NCBI GenBank assembly: GCA_964651655.1
Contig: CAZYVS010000002.1
Location: forward strand, 29,471-93,470
Reading direction: 5' to 3'
DNA: 64,000 bases
DNA from: an uncultured Candidatus Saccharibacteria bacterium
GTDB taxonomy: Bacteria; Patescibacteriota; Minisyncoccia; Phycocordibacterales; Zambryskibacteraceae
Below the pieces are notes generated by a model. The model saw only the letters and a list, made by a program, of their open reading frames with translations. It was not told the origin of the DNA and ran no database searches. Position numbers and translations under genes: made by a program. This document shows positions 49,642-58,243 of this stretch, piece by piece; the stretch's first letter is position 1, and the number at the start of each line of letters is the position of its first letter.

Positions 49642-50115
49642 TCAAATAGATGAAAATAAGGTGATTATTCCCATAGTCGTCAGAACCACTATCACTCCGG
49701 CTATTACCACACCGAGAAATATCAGAGGAACCGCCTTACGAAAGGGGATGCCAAATACATACGCCACGAGAGAAGCCGTCCAGACGCCGGTAAATGGCAG
49801 GGGTATTGCCACCAGTACCACAAGAGTAAATTCTTTTAATCTTGCAAATTTCTGTTCATGATTATTTCTAGTTCTACTTAAAAAGGAGGAGAAAGTTTTT
49901 CTAAATAAATCAGATTTTTCTGAAAGAAAATCGCCGATCGCGCCGATTAGCGGCACTAGAAAAAAAGCCGGGACCATATTACCGATAACCGCTACGAAAA
50001 AAGCCATCCAAGCAGAAAAGCCGTAAACCGTCATGGCAACAGGAATCGCTCCTCTAAGTTCCACGACCGGCAACATGGAGATGATGAGAATATATATTAT
50101 CTCGGATATCATCAT
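49642..50115 (-). CDS. Small multidrug-export-type membrane protein
   Basis: SMLPVVELRGAIP; AIPLPFTGVWT. Confidence 0.85.
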   Translation of the reverse strand: MMISEIIYILIISMLPVVELRGAIPVAMTVYGFSAWMAFFVAVIGNMVPAFFLVPLIGAIGDFLSEKSDLFRKTFSSFLSRTRNNHEQKFARLKEFTLVVLVAIPLPFTGVWTASLVAYVFGIPFRKAVPLIFLGVVIAGVIVVLTTMGIITLFSSI

Positions 50116-50241
50116 GTTATCTTATCAGATTTAAATTATTACCCCTATTTATTAATTTACAATGATATTATTTTTTTATACATAATAATAACGCTATAGC
50201 TTTTTTATTATGTATATTGGATATGTATCTTATTAAATTTT

Positions 50242-50279
50242 ATAAAAAAGAAGGCGGCGCGATCGGAAGATCGCGCCGC
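50242..50279 (-). terminator. Intrinsic terminator
   Basis: 11-bp stem GCGGCGCGATC; U-tract on minus strand. Confidence 0.8.
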
Positions 50280-50309
50280 TACATTCGCAACCAACGGGGA
50301 GGAATGAGC

Positions 50310-50909
50310 TTATCCCGTTGCCAGCATGGCGGGATGTGCATATGGCATCTCACTCGCACACGGCAAACTCTTGATTGCTCTCAAGAGTTTGCCGAGTTGA
50401 TCCGATTCATATATCTCGGGCACCCCCACACAGACCTTGAGAAATCCGTTGTCAGCCAAATGGACGAGAATCGCCCAATTTGGGCCGAAGGTTGAGCGAG
50501 GGGTTGAAGTCGGCGCTTCGGTAATCAGGTATTTCTCCCGACTGCCATCCCATTGTGATTTAATAGGACTTAACACCCAATTACCTATCACATTCCACAA
50601 TGGTTCATGTTCTAAAAAATGCATCCTTATGATACCCCTCGACCACCCTTTACTGATGAGAATCTTGATAATCGGATCAAGTGTTGGATCATCCTTGCCC
50701 ATGGATTTGGCACACACATTGAGATCATAAGCACCAAAACCTCTGTATTTGTAAGAAACTACAACTAAACCTTCTGTCAATGCTATATGCCACGGGGCAC
50801 CGAGATTATCGACACAAAGTACATACTGACCACGATCCCATTGTTCAGCCACCATTACAAAACTAGGTTCGCGAAAATGATGATGAACAGCTTTCACATT
50901 TATTAACAT
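50310..50909 (-). CDS. Orphan protein (199 aa)
   Basis: GGAGG SD and own terminator; no recognised motif. Confidence 0.55.
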   Translation of the reverse strand: MLINVKAVHHHFREPSFVMVAEQWDRGQYVLCVDNLGAPWHIALTEGLVVVSYKYRGFGAYDLNVCAKSMGKDDPTLDPIIKILISKGWSRGIIRMHFLEHEPLWNVIGNWVLSPIKSQWDGSREKYLITEAPTSTPRSTFGPNWAILVHLADNGFLKVCVGVPEIYESDQLGKLLRAIKSLPCASEMPYAHPAMLATG

Positions 50910-51040
50910 AGAAACCTCCCATAATTAGGTTCATTTATTTGTCCAATCTAAAGAACTTAATATCATAAAATAACACAAATCACAAATCACAAATCCAGGA
51001 TGTATTAAATTTGTCTCATAAAATGGCAGTTCAAGCACTT

Positions 51041-51116
51041 TGGTGGACCGTGGGAGATTCGAACTCCCGACCTCCACATTGCAAATGTGGCGCTCTACCA
51101 ACTAAGCTAACGGCCC
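51041..51116 (-). tRNA. tRNA-Ala(TGC)
   Basis: GGGCCGT...ACGGTCCACCA with G3:U70; loop TTTGCAA; CCA encoded. Confidence 0.95.
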
Positions 51117-51194
51117 ACCGCAATGCTCGATAATTTTCAATTCGCAATAATACTAGACAAACCACCTAAAATCAATCAAAATAATGAAAAACTT

Positions 51195-51267
51195 GGGCCT
51201 GTAGCTCAATTGGTAGAGCGCAGCTATGGCATAGCTGAGGTAAGGGGATCGTAGCCCCTCAGGTCCA
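51195..51267 (+). tRNA. tRNA-Ala(GGC)
   Basis: GGGCCTG/CAGGTCC; CAGCT-ATGGCAT-AGCTG; T-loop ATCGTAG. Confidence 0.9.
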
Positions 51268-51268
51268 C

Positions 51269-51916
51269 ATGAAAATGAATACGAGTAACCTTTCGCATCT
51301 CATCGCCACGATTCTCTCCATTGTCGGTTTATCTTCGCTGGTAACATTGGCCGCTATCAAAGCAACAACAATTTACGTAGTAGCATTTTCTGTTTTTGGT
51401 GCAGGTCTTATTCTGTTATATCTCGCAAGCACGATCTACCATTTCATTCCTCACGAACACCCCCGCAAAGATTTTTTCAAAATACTTGATCGTTCAATGA
51501 TTTACGTTCTTATCGCCGGTTCATATACTCCTCTAGCGCTTCTTGTTCTTCCTCCGGCGTGGGGATGGAGCATCTTTGGCACAATCTGGGGACTCGCGGT
51601 TATCGGCATATCTTTGAAAATTTTTCGCGTGCGAACACCGAGATGGTTACCAACGTTTATGTATCTTCTCATGGGTTGGCTGATCGTTATCGCCTTAGCA
51701 CCGCTTCGCGCATTGCTCCCTGCGACTGGAATGTTTTGGCTTGTGGCAGGTGGAATTTTTTATACTATCGGAACTATATTCTTTGCCATTTCCTCTCATA
51801 AAAACTACCAACCGAGATATAAGTGGTTCACATTCCATGACGCCTTTCATGTGCTGGCGATGGGCGGTAGCATAAGCCATTTCTGGCTTATGTTTCATTT
51901 CATACTACCAGGATAG
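51269..51916 (+). CDS. Hemolysin III/PAQR family membrane protein
   Basis: STIYH, DRSMIYVLIAGSYTP, YLLMGW, HDAFH. Confidence 0.9.
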   Translation: MKMNTSNLSHLIATILSIVGLSSLVTLAAIKATTIYVVAFSVFGAGLILLYLASTIYHFIPHEHPRKDFFKILDRSMIYVLIAGSYTPLALLVLPPAWGWSIFGTIWGLAVIGISLKIFRVRTPRWLPTFMYLLMGWLIVIALAPLRALLPATGMFWLVAGGIFYTIGTIFFAISSHKNYQPRYKWFTFHDAFHVLAMGGSISHFWLMFHFILPG

Positions 51917-52001
51917 AAAATTATGATTGACACACAGTCGTATTAATGCCAGTATACTGTCCAGACTTAATCGAATTGTTGGGGTAGAAAGGAGAATACC
52001 G

Positions 52002-52451
52002 ATGCAGAGAGAACATAAGCAGACAAAACTAGGAAGGATTTTTCGAGCACGTAGAAAAGAACTCGGCCTCACGCTTGAAAGATGTGCCGAGAAATTAGGT
52101 TTCAGTTCTAGACAAGCAATAAGTCAGATGGAGTTGGGATTAAATCGGTTCGGTAATAACCAAAGACTCGAATGTCTCGCCCAATTTCTCGGACTCAATG
52201 TTGATAGTCTACGAGCTGTTAGGCCTAAAAGAAGACTATGTCAGAAAAAGAGAGGGACTCCGTTGGGTGATTTCCTAACAAAACAACGGCTGAAAAACCA
52301 TCTCACTCAAGAGAAGGTGGTTAAAAGGGCCGGGATCGGAAAATTTTTATCGGATATAGAGCGGGGAAAAGCGCATCCAAAGCGTTCAACCCTACAGAAA
52401 GTTGCCTGGGCTCTGGAATGTAAAATTCCAGAGAAACTCATGACCAGATGA
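52002..52451 (+). CDS. XRE-family regulator with two HTH domains
   Basis: Two HTH_3-like repeats; SD GAAAGGAG before ATG 52002. Confidence 0.8.
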   Translation: MQREHKQTKLGRIFRARRKELGLTLERCAEKLGFSSRQAISQMELGLNRFGNNQRLECLAQFLGLNVDSLRAVRPKRRLCQKKRGTPLGDFLTKQRLKNHLTQEKVVKRAGIGKFLSDIERGKAHPKRSTLQKVAWALECKIPEKLMTR

Positions 52452-52459
52452 AATTTTGA

Positions 52460-52500
52460 GGGCCCGCAACTCCTTCGGGGTTGCGGGCCCCTTTTGTTTT
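52460..52500 (+). terminator. Intrinsic terminator
   Basis: GGGCCCGCAACTCC/GGGGTTGCGGGCCC plus T-tract. Confidence 0.85.
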
Positions 52501-52504
52501 CCTA

Positions 52505-53407
52505 TCACATCGCGAGTTTAATAACATGGTCAACAAAATCGCGAGAACGCCAACCGGTGGCGCGCAGCGAATGATACATCAAAGAGTCTCCGTGTAGCGC
52601 CGGCAACGGATCGGTCTTTAGTATATAGATTTTCTTCTTGGGTGAAATGATAAAATCGGAACTGGAGTAATGAGAAAGTCCCAATATTTCGTGCGCCCGC
52701 TTCGCCATCTTTTCTATTTCCTTGCTTAGCGATCCGTCTAGGCGGCGGGTCGGCGAAGCGGGTAAAAGCGCGTAGATTTTTTCCCCTCTGGCATTTTCTA
52801 TTATCGTGCAATTCGCATCTTCGCCCTTGATAAATTCTTCAACCAGTACTCGCGGTGAAAAAGTAAAGGCTTTTTTAATTGATTCTTTAAGTTCGTTGAA
52901 CGTATACGCCAAAGAGATTTCATGAACATGGCGAACCGGTTTGACTACTATTGGCGGGAGCTGGTTTCTAAAAATATTAATCAATTTGGTGTCATTTAAA
53001 GTGTTTTCGGTGAGAAGTTCATGCGCTGGAGTAAGCAGAGAATATTTTCTGTACAAATGTTTAGCCATATCTCGATTCATAGCAAGAGATGAAGTTACAG
53101 CGCTTGAACCAGTGAATGGAATCCTAAGTCTGTCAAAAATTTTTTGCACTTGATTGCCCGCTTCGTAGAAACCATGAAGCGCATTCCAAACGACATCAAC
53201 ATATCGGAGCGCGCGATGCGGTTCATAAACTAATCCTTCGCGATGCCATTCACCGTCTTTGGAAATAAAAACATCCAGCGGTTCATAGGTTTCCGACATG
53301 TCCCGTAATGCCGAAAGAATGTGTTCGCCCATCTTTAGAGAAGCATCATATCCATCCGACAAACCGCCGCGCAAGACAGCCACTCTAATCTTAGAAGAAA
53401 GATTCAT
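52505..53407 (-). CDS. D-Ala-D-Ala ligase-like ATP-grasp protein (degenerate)
   Basis: VAVLRGG, NALHG, IPFTGS, VVKP, VEEFIKG; ExN motif missing. Confidence 0.75.
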   Translation of the reverse strand: MNLSSKIRVAVLRGGLSDGYDASLKMGEHILSALRDMSETYEPLDVFISKDGEWHREGLVYEPHRALRYVDVVWNALHGFYEAGNQVQKIFDRLRIPFTGSSAVTSSLAMNRDMAKHLYRKYSLLTPAHELLTENTLNDTKLINIFRNQLPPIVVKPVRHVHEISLAYTFNELKESIKKAFTFSPRVLVEEFIKGEDANCTIIENARGEKIYALLPASPTRRLDGSLSKEIEKMAKRAHEILGLSHYSSSDFIISPKKKIYILKTDPLPALHGDSLMYHSLRATGWRSRDFVDHVIKLAM

Positions 53408-53415
53408 GAGTTAAA

Positions 53416-54621
53416 TTATACCCCAAATTTTTTTCCGCGTAATTTTCTATGATAACCGATGGCAAATCGATGCGCTTCGGCATTAGCAAGTAAAATCAAC
53501 TTGGTCAAAGCTCGGCTTTGACCATTTCCAAGAATTTCTCGGGCTTTGTGTCTTTCATCTTTGATTACGGACACTACGTGTATGTCTAAGTTGGCCTTTT
53601 TTATCACTTTTTGGGCGATATTTATCTGACTCTTTCCGCCATCTACCACAATTAGATTGGGTAATGGCCACTCTTGATGAGCAAGTCTCCTTGTTAGTAA
53701 TTCCTTCAGATTGGCAATATCATTATTACTGTCTAGTCGAATTTTAAATTTTCTATACTGATTTTTATTTAACTCGCCATCTTCCACTACCGTCATCGCT
53801 CCCACCGTATGTGTGCCGGAGATATGCGCGATATCGTAGGCTTCGATCCTGAATTTGGTTGTTGGTTGTTTGTTGTTAGTTGTTAAGTTTTGTTTTATAA
53901 GCGCAATATCCTGAATGTGTTGAAGGGCAAAAATTTGTTTCTTTACTTTCCCCGCTTTTTCAAATTTGTGTTCTTTGGCCAAAATTTTCATCTCCCTTTC
54001 CAGCGACCTTATGAGCTTAAGTTTCTTGCCTTCAAAGAAAAGTTTAATATGTCTGATAATTTTCCGATACTCCGTTTCGGAAACCGAACCGGCACAGACG
54101 CCCGGGCATAGGCCGAGTTGGGCATTAAAACACGGTTTATTCCGCCCGGGTTTGCATTTATCTCTGTATGGAAAAATTTTTCTAACAATCTTAAGCGCCT
54201 CTTTTAATTCTCCCCCATAAGGAAAAGGGCCATAATGACCAGAGCCACGAGTAATAACTACTTTTGGAAAATCTTCTTTAGTAAAGGTGATGTAGTTGTA
54301 ACTCTTATCATCTTTTGCTTTAGAATTGTAGATTGGCTGATGTTTTTTAATCTCACTTGCCTCTAGAATTAACGCCTCAAGTACCGAATCTGTCTTAATA
54401 AATTCAATTTTTTTAGCTTCTTCAAGCATCTTAATAATAAGCGGTCCCCGAGTGTCAAAGATCGTCTTTGACATATAGCTTTTGACTCTATCTTTGAGAC
54501 TTGTCGCCTTACCAATATAGAGAATGTTTCGGTCGCCTCCGCTTAGCTTCGGCGTACCAAGGAAAAAATATACTCCGGGAGAGTCGGGTAATTTATATTT
54601 CTTGATATCTATACTTTTCAT
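53416..54621 (-). CDS. uvrC: Excinuclease ABC subunit C (short)
   Basis: PGVY..LYIGKA, EAYDIAH, VDGG, EAHRFAI. Confidence 0.92.
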   Translation of the reverse strand: MKSIDIKKYKLPDSPGVYFFLGTPKLSGGDRNILYIGKATSLKDRVKSYMSKTIFDTRGPLIIKMLEEAKKIEFIKTDSVLEALILEASEIKKHQPIYNSKAKDDKSYNYITFTKEDFPKVVITRGSGHYGPFPYGGELKEALKIVRKIFPYRDKCKPGRNKPCFNAQLGLCPGVCAGSVSETEYRKIIRHIKLFFEGKKLKLIRSLEREMKILAKEHKFEKAGKVKKQIFALQHIQDIALIKQNLTTNNKQPTTKFRIEAYDIAHISGTHTVGAMTVVEDGELNKNQYRKFKIRLDSNNDIANLKELLTRRLAHQEWPLPNLIVVDGGKSQINIAQKVIKKANLDIHVVSVIKDERHKAREILGNGQSRALTKLILLANAEAHRFAIGYHRKLRGKKFGV

Positions 54622-54622
54622 T

Positions 54623-57202
54623 TTATTTTTTGCGTAGAACTTTGCGCAAATATTTCCCCGTATGCGTATCGGTATTCGCTACTTCTTCCGGAGTACCTTG
54701 AGCCACTAGTTGGCCTCCTTCATCGCCAGCCTCCGGACCAATATCGAGAATATGGTCTGCGCTTTTTATGAAGTCGAGGTTGTGCTCGATCACCACGACA
54801 GTATGACCTTTGTCCACTAGCTTCTGGAGAATTTCTATCAACTTTTTAACATCTTCATAATGAAGACCGATGGTCGGCTCATCAAGAAGATAAATTGTTT
54901 TTTGCAAATGCGGACGATAAAGTTCTGAAGCAATTTTGACCCTTTGCGCTTCCCCGCCGGAAAGTGTGGTGGCGGACTGGCCGAGACACAGATAACCTAA
55001 ACCGACATCATTTAGACTTTTAAGTCTATCGTAAATCGCCGGAATATCTTCAAAAAACGCAAGCGCTTCCTCTATAGTCATTTCAAGAATATCGTAGATA
55101 TTTTTGTGTTTATATTTCACTTCCAGAGTTTCTTTCATGAAGCGTTTACCGTTACAAACATCGCACGGCACATAAACAGTCGGTAGAAAATGCATTTCCA
55201 CTTCAATCATACCGTTACCCTGACAAGTCTCGCATCTACCCCCTTTCACGTTGAAAGAAAATCTATTGGCTCTCCAGCCGCGTGCGCGAGCTTCCACAGT
55301 TTCAGCAAAAAGTTCACGGATAAAAGTAAAAGCCCCAGTGTAGGTGGCCGGATTTGAACGCGGGGTTCGGCCAATTGGTGATTGATCTATTAATATTGAA
55401 CGACCTAAATATTCTGCACCCTCAAAGGATTGGCAGTTATACGTATCGGTGCTTCGATAACGCCGGTCAAATCGAGCTTGGAGATTTTTGTGGAGAATCT
55501 CGTAGACAAAAGAAGATTTACCGGAACCCGAAACACCAGTCACCGCTATCAGTCGGCCAAGCGGAATATCAACATTGAGATGCTTGATATTAAATATAGC
55601 ACCGGCGCGAATGGACAGTTTGCCCTTCTCCGCCTTTCTGCGTTTATCCGGAATTTCAATACTTTTTTCGCTACGTAAATAGGAAAGAGTTAAGGATTGG
55701 CTTTCATTTTTCCCCGCCTGCCGGGCCTGGCGGGCAGGTTTGCTAAAAAGTAAATCTTCTAGGTATCCAGATGCAACAATATGCCCGCCGTGAATACCAG
55801 CCCCAGGACCGATATCCACCAGAAAGTCGGATGAATAAATGGTCTCTTCGTCATGTTCAACCACAATAATAGTATTGCCTAGGTCACGTAAATTCAGAAG
55901 TGTTTTGATTAAACGAGCATTGTCGCGAGCATGAAGACCGATAGTCGGCTCATCAAGCACATAAAGCGCGCCAACGAGACCAGAACCGAGTTGCGAAGCG
56001 AGGCGGATACGCTGAGCTTCCCCGCCGGAGAGTGTGTGAGCTCTGCGATCAAGCGAGAGGTACTCAATACCGACATTAAGCATGAAAGAGAGACGCGCTT
56101 CTATTTCTTTCGTCACTACTTTGGAGATATTTTTTTCGCGGATAGTCAGTTTCAGTTTTTTGAAAAATTCATCGCAATCTTTGATAGACAAAGAGGTTAG
56201 TTCCACGACATTTTTGCCTCCCACCAAAACACTCAATGCTTCCTTTCGAAGCCGCTTACCAAAACAGACTTCACACGGTTCGGTACCAAAAAAATATTTA
56301 GTACCGAGACCGTTGCATTCCGGACACGCGCCATAGGGAGAGTTGAAAGAAAATAACCGCGGTTCTATTTCTGGGAAGGAAAAGCCGTCTCTCGGACAAG
56401 CCCATTTTGCTGACATAAGAAATTCCTCGTCTTTAAATTTAGCAACAAGCAGTTCATCCGATTCGTCGAGCGCTTTTTCTATAGCCTCTACCAAGCGTTC
56501 GTTGACATTTTTCTCATCTGTTTGAAATTCAGACAGTTTTATAGTGTCTATCAGAACGGAGATTTCGTGTTTCTTGGTCTTAGTCAAAATAATTCTTTCT
56601 CGAAGTGATTTTTTGACACCATCAACCAAAACCTCGCTATAACCCTTGCCCAACAAATCATAGAGAAGCTGGTAATATTCTCCTTTCCTCCCTCGAACTA
56701 CGGGAGAAAAGATTTCGATCTGGCTTTTGGGATAATTTTCTTGCTTTTCGTCAATCTTTTCCAAAACAAAGTTCTTGATCTCTTCATTCGAAAGTTTTTT
56801 TATTTCATGGCCACAAACCAAACAATGCGGTCTGCCAATACGCGCGTAGAGAATGCGCAGATAATCATAAATTTCCGTGATAGTTGCCACTGTTGAACGC
56901 GGATTATTAGAGCGAGATTTCTGGTCAATCGAGATGGCCGGCGAAAGACCGGAGATTTCATCAACATCGGGCTTTTGCATCTGGCGCAGAAATTGTCTGG
57001 CATAAGAAGAAAGCGATTCCACATAACGTCTCTGTCCTTCGGCAAAAATAGTGTCGAAAGCAAGCGAAGACTTGCCTGAACCGGAAAGACCGGTAAAAAC
57101 GATCATCTTGTTGCGCGGCATCTCCACAGTAATGTTTTTTAAATTATGCGTCCGCGCGCCCCTAACAATGATTAAATCTTCTTTTGAATGTTTTTTATCC
57201 AT
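54623..57202 (-). CDS. uvrA: Excinuclease ABC subunit A
   Basis: Two Walker A and two LSGGE motifs; zinc fingers. Confidence 0.97.
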   Translation of the reverse strand: MDKKHSKEDLIIVRGARTHNLKNITVEMPRNKMIVFTGLSGSGKSSLAFDTIFAEGQRRYVESLSSYARQFLRQMQKPDVDEISGLSPAISIDQKSRSNNPRSTVATITEIYDYLRILYARIGRPHCLVCGHEIKKLSNEEIKNFVLEKIDEKQENYPKSQIEIFSPVVRGRKGEYYQLLYDLLGKGYSEVLVDGVKKSLRERIILTKTKKHEISVLIDTIKLSEFQTDEKNVNERLVEAIEKALDESDELLVAKFKDEEFLMSAKWACPRDGFSFPEIEPRLFSFNSPYGACPECNGLGTKYFFGTEPCEVCFGKRLRKEALSVLVGGKNVVELTSLSIKDCDEFFKKLKLTIREKNISKVVTKEIEARLSFMLNVGIEYLSLDRRAHTLSGGEAQRIRLASQLGSGLVGALYVLDEPTIGLHARDNARLIKTLLNLRDLGNTIIVVEHDEETIYSSDFLVDIGPGAGIHGGHIVASGYLEDLLFSKPARQARQAGKNESQSLTLSYLRSEKSIEIPDKRRKAEKGKLSIRAGAIFNIKHLNVDIPLGRLIAVTGVSGSGKSSFVYEILHKNLQARFDRRYRSTDTYNCQSFEGAEYLGRSILIDQSPIGRTPRSNPATYTGAFTFIRELFAETVEARARGWRANRFSFNVKGGRCETCQGNGMIEVEMHFLPTVYVPCDVCNGKRFMKETLEVKYKHKNIYDILEMTIEEALAFFEDIPAIYDRLKSLNDVGLGYLCLGQSATTLSGGEAQRVKIASELYRPHLQKTIYLLDEPTIGLHYEDVKKLIEILQKLVDKGHTVVVIEHNLDFIKSADHILDIGPEAGDEGGQLVAQGTPEEVANTDTHTGKYLRKVLRKK

Positions 57203-57310
57203 AATAAATAAATAGAAAGACGCCCTAAGTTGACCCATAGGGTGAAGATACCCATGCTATCACATCCAGAAGTGCTCTCCAAACTCAAAATCTAAAAATT
57301 AATAATTAAT

Positions 57311-57342
57311 AACATAACATACGATATATCGTATGTTATGTT
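57311..57342. repeat. Perfect 32-bp palindrome overlapping the stop of the TrpR-like gene
   Basis: AACATAACATACGATATATCGTATGTTATGTT. Confidence 0.95.
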
Positions 57343-57767
57343 TTGAGTAATTTTTGGTCGTAAATCAACTTGTCAAATTTCCTCCAACGTTTGCCGCCTA
57401 CCCTAGGCGGTATGAATCCACCGATAGTTAAAATGTCGTTCACAATTTCCCAAATATCTTTTATACCCAAAGCATACTTGATAATGGCCTTATATTTGCC
57501 ACGTTCATATTTTAGAAACATTCTTTCAACAGTTGACGGGCTCATATGAAGCGCGTCGGCTATCGTGTAATTTGAAACACCGCGAGAAAGCATGGCTATC
57601 ACTGTCAAACGCTTAGCCAGCATTGCTCGTTCGGTGTAGGTAAAAAATTCATAAAACACCGGTTTGGTCTCACTTTTTTTAAATGATCTTTCCAGAGATC
57701 TAATAAGTTCCAACACTAGCTTATTGAAATATTTCTTACTTAACTTTCGTTTAGAAATATGGGGCAT
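57336..57767 (-). CDS. TrpR/YerC-like helix-turn-helix protein (CPR type)
   Basis: MPHISKRKL; FTYTERAMLAKRL; IADALHMSPSTV. Confidence 0.78.
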   Translation of the reverse strand: MPHISKRKLSKKYFNKLVLELIRSLERSFKKSETKPVFYEFFTYTERAMLAKRLTVIAMLSRGVSNYTIADALHMSPSTVERMFLKYERGKYKAIIKYALGIKDIWEIVNDILTIGGFIPPRVGGKRWRKFDKLIYDQKLLKT

Positions 57768-57792
57768 AACTTATTATATATCGTATGTTATT
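57765..57792. repeat. Second copy of the palindrome, over the start codon and -10 box
   Basis: CATAACTTATTATATATCGTATGTTATT; 24/28 identical to the core of the downstream copy. Confidence 0.85.
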
Positions 57793-57878
57793 AGTTGTAT
57801 ACGCACTTGACGGTCTATAATTATTTAAGTATCCTGTCAAGAGATAGAAGCATAAATATAAAAGAAAGGAGGCCACAC

Positions 57879-58193
57879 ATGTCTAATGAAATCGTCGTGG
57901 TAGAACCGGTAGTTGGCATGCCTGTCACTTGGATTGACCCATCTTCAGACCCGATAAATAAGCGTTTTATTGAAACGTGTCAAATCAAAGAATATGGTAA
58001 GGAAGGGCTCAAAATCAGATCAATCAAAGACCATGGAGAGGGGTTTAACGGAAAGGATCGTTGGCTAGTCACATTGGAAAGAGGGGGTCAACCACTCATG
58101 CACCAATGGAATCAAGAGCTGGGTCCCATGCCAAGAAGCTTTGAGCCATCAGTCCTTCAATTCTCATGGCATTATCTTCGGCCCCTGAGTTGA
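57879..58193 (+). CDS. Orphan protein (104 aa)
   Basis: TTGACG-17-TATCCT promoter (57807-57835), SD GAAAGGAGG, hairpin 58215-58242. Confidence 0.6.
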   Translation: MSNEIVVVEPVVGMPVTWIDPSSDPINKRFIETCQIKEYGKEGLKIRSIKDHGEGFNGKDRWLVTLERGGQPLMHQWNQELGPMPRSFEPSVLQFSWHYLRPLS

Positions 58194-58243
58194 TACCGTC
58201 ATCGAGAGAACTCCTCGGCGACCACCTCTGTGTGGTCGCCGAA

